Program-made: the position numbers and the translations under genes
From: Methanomassiliicoccaceae archaeon
Lineage (GTDB): Archaea > Thermoplasmatota > Thermoplasmata > Methanomassiliicoccales > Methanomassiliicoccaceae
DNA length: 64,000 bases
NCBI GenBank assembly: GCA_963728405.1
Contig: CAVSJV010000017.1
Location: forward strand, 96,001-160,000
Direction of reading: 5' to 3'
The notes under the pieces: model-generated
Databases searched by the model: none
The model's input: the letters and a program-made list of their open reading frames with translations, nothing else
What the model was told of the DNA's origin: nothing
Shown here: positions 61,717-64,000 of the stretch, one piece after another
How the letters are laid out: every line of letters starts with the position of its first letter
Numbering within the stretch: the stretch's first letter is position 1

Positions 61717-63991
61717 GGATCCCGGATTCTGTCTGCTGGGAGCATCGATGCTTCTGCGGCATGTCACCGAACTGCAGGGCCAGGCCAGAGCCGCCAAGAA
61801 CTTGGATGTCGAGGGCGTCCATCAGATGCGGGTCGCTTCACGCCGGTTGCGGGCCGGGCTTCCTATCTTCAGCTCCTGCCTCAAGGTGAGCCAGTATGAC
61901 CGGTGGAGGCGGGAGATCAAAGGAGTGACCAAGGCCCTGGGGGAAGCACGGGACATCGACGTCCAGATCGAGTATCTCCAGGCCTTGATGGAAAATGTGA
62001 CGGACGAGCAGGGCGTAGGCGTGAGGTCGGTCCTGGAGCACCAGGTCCGGCAGCGGAGGGACCTCCAGGAGCAGGTGGTAGGATGGCTGGACAACCTGAA
62101 GGACGAGGGCATCCTTGCCGAGATGGAGGGACGTCTGTCCAAGACGGTGCAGCGTCTGGAGAAACGAAAAGCCGTTGTGCGCAGCCGGACCGGGTACGCC
62201 GCGGGGCTCGCCAACACTTCGCTGCGAATAGCGGCCGTCCTCAAGCTCGAGGAGTTCGTGGCCGACCCTCAGGCCAAGGAAAAGCATCACGCCCTACGCA
62301 TAGCGGTCAAGAGGCTCCGCTATACTCTGGAGGCGTTCAAGCCGCTGTTCGATGACCAGCTCAAGAAGGAGATCGGTGAGCTGAAGGAGGTCCAGGACCT
62401 GCTAGGAGCGATGCACGACTGCGACGTATGGCTCGCCGGCATCGACGAGCTCGGACGGGACCTCTGCTCCACCCCCGGAACGGATGAGGGGGCGCTACGG
62501 CCAGGGCTCGAAGCCATCCAGTCGGACCGAGCCCAGGAGCGGGATGGCCTTTATACCGACCTCAAGGTCCGATGGGAGCACCTTTCTCAACAGCACTTCT
62601 TCGAGCGGCTGGGTGAGAGGTTCCAGGCCGGGCTGTCCTACCAGGACATCGCCGTCCCGATGATCGACACCCATGAACCAGCTAAGCTGGCCATCATCTC
62701 CGACATCCATGGCAATCTCGATGCCCTGAACGCGGTCATGGATGATGCCAAGGAACATGGCGCGGGCGCGTTCATCAACCTGGGAGACATGGTCGGAACA
62801 GGGGCGTATCCCGAGGAGGTGGTCAAGATCCTCAGCGGCGACCATTTCATCAACGTGGCCGGCAACTTCGACATCAAGGTCCTGGAGTTCTCCCGCGCCT
62901 CGCAACGCCCGAGGGCCCGCTCGGTCAAGGGGGCCATCGTGGCCGCGGCGGCCCGGGACCTGTCCGAAGAAAGCTTCAACTTCATCGCCTCCCTGCCCCC
63001 CGAGATCAGGCTGGAAGTTCTAGGCAAGAGGATACTGCTCGTCCACGCCAGTCCAGAGGACCCTGACGAGCACCTTGGTCCAGAGACGCCGGAAGAACGA
63101 TTGGCCGAGCTGGGCCGCGTGGCCGACGCCGATATCGTGCTGGTTGGACATTCTCATAGGCCATTCGTTCGCATGGTGAACGGGATCGTGTTCGCCAATC
63201 CTGGCAGCGTTGGCCGACCGGGCGATCATGATCCCCGCGCCTCCTATGCCATCCTGGACACCGGGGACTTTTCCATCACCGTCCGTCGTGTGGAGTACGA
63301 TGTGGAAGCGGCGGTGAGAGCATTGCTGGAGAAGGGATTGCCCGAGAAGCTTGGAGAGGTGCTTCGAAAGGGACTATCCAGCAGCGAGATACAGGGCGAG
63401 AGGAGGGCCGTCCCCAAGAGCGGGGCGGCCCGCATGGAGCTGCTGGAGATCGCCGCCCGCAAGATGAACGTCGACCACGAGCATGCCGAGCAGGTGCTCA
63501 AGCTGGCCACGATGATCTACCGCCAGCTGAAGCCACTGCATGGCCTGGGGGGAAAGGACCGATTCATTCTAGAGGCGGCCTGCCTGCTGCATGATGTCGG
63601 CATCGCCGAAGGGGTGAAAGGGCATCACCGCTCCTCCTATCGCCTGATCATGGAACAGAAGCTCCCGCTGACCCCGGAGGAGAAACGGATGGTCGCATGC
63701 ATCGCCCGCTTCCACCGCAAGCGGGCGCCCAAAAAGGACGAGCCGGAGCTCTCTGGCCTGATAGCGGACGAGCTGGGGAGGTTTCATGTGCTGGCCTCCA
63801 TCCTGAGAGTGGCCGATGGTCTGGACTACCAGCATGATAGCGTGGTCAAGGACGTCGAGTGCGAGATCGGACCGGCCGAGGTCGTGTTCAAGATAAAAGC
63901 CACCTCGGACTGCAGCGCCGAGGTCGAGGCGGCCAAAAAGAAGGCCGACCTCTTCGAACAGACCTTTGAACGGCAGGTGAGGTTCCAATGA
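61703..63991 (+). CDS. CHAD + calcineurin-like metallophosphoesterase + Ppx/GppA-type HD domain fusion
   Basis: VHQMRVASRRLR and HALRIAVKRLRY (CHAD); SDIHGN, LGD, GNFD, GHSH, NPGSVG (MPP); LLHDVG..HH..RFHRK..LRVADGLD (HD). Confidence 0.9.
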   Translation: MGKSEDPGFCLLGASMLLRHVTELQGQARAAKNLDVEGVHQMRVASRRLRAGLPIFSSCLKVSQYDRWRREIKGVTKALGEARDIDVQIEYLQALMENVTDEQGVGVRSVLEHQVRQRRDLQEQVVGWLDNLKDEGILAEMEGRLSKTVQRLEKRKAVVRSRTGYAAGLANTSLRIAAVLKLEEFVADPQAKEKHHALRIAVKRLRYTLEAFKPLFDDQLKKEIGELKEVQDLLGAMHDCDVWLAGIDELGRDLCSTPGTDEGALRPGLEAIQSDRAQERDGLYTDLKVRWEHLSQQHFFERLGERFQAGLSYQDIAVPMIDTHEPAKLAIISDIHGNLDALNAVMDDAKEHGAGAFINLGDMVGTGAYPEEVVKILSGDHFINVAGNFDIKVLEFSRASQRPRARSVKGAIVAAAARDLSEESFNFIASLPPEIRLEVLGKRILLVHASPEDPDEHLGPETPEERLAELGRVADADIVLVGHSHRPFVRMVNGIVFANPGSVGRPGDHDPRASYAILDTGDFSITVRRVEYDVEAAVRALLEKGLPEKLGEVLRKGLSSSEIQGERRAVPKSGAARMELLEIAARKMNVDHEHAEQVLKLATMIYRQLKPLHGLGGKDRFILEAACLLHDVGIAEGVKGHHRSSYRLIMEQKLPLTPEEKRMVACIARFHRKRAPKKDEPELSGLIADELGRFHVLASILRVADGLDYQHDSVVKDVECEIGPAEVVFKIKATSDCSAEVEAAKKKADLFEQTFERQVRFQ

Positions 63992-64000
63992 ACGGCTGGA

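Overview
GC-rich (roughly 60% by eye) archaeal chromosome window, most consistent with a Methanomassiliicoccales (Thermoplasmatota) methylotrophic methanogen; this is inferred from gene content, not from a marker search. Main contents: (1) a corrinoid methyltransferase cluster with two cobalamin-binding proteins, an MtaA/URO-D-type MT2, a CobW-type GTPase with two partner ORFs, an HTH-10 regulator and a hydantoinase, but no recognisable substrate-specific MT1; (2) an hgcAB mercury-methylation operon led by a Cys-rich AbrB-like gene, with a candidate operator, an in-frame amber junction to hgcA and a 17-bp tandem duplication at the hgcA/hgcB junction; (3) proAB, acs and the conserved aIF-1A/RIO1/Dim2/Pus10/L21e/RpoF/DUF655/KsgA block, ychF, polB with a low-GC LAGLIDADG intein, and rpl15e with a structured leader; (4) two tRNAs (Glu-TTC, Leu-CAG), each with an att-like 3' duplication enclosing an integrase-less islet, one carrying a GNAT toxin-antitoxin-like pair; (5) a large secreted papain-like protease; (6) ppk1 followed by a CHAD-metallophosphoesterase-HD fusion. 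More than ten single-base frameshifts, mostly +1 insertions and several in essential genes, suggest sequencing or assembly error, so all split genes are provisional. No CRISPR array, rRNA or transposase was seen.
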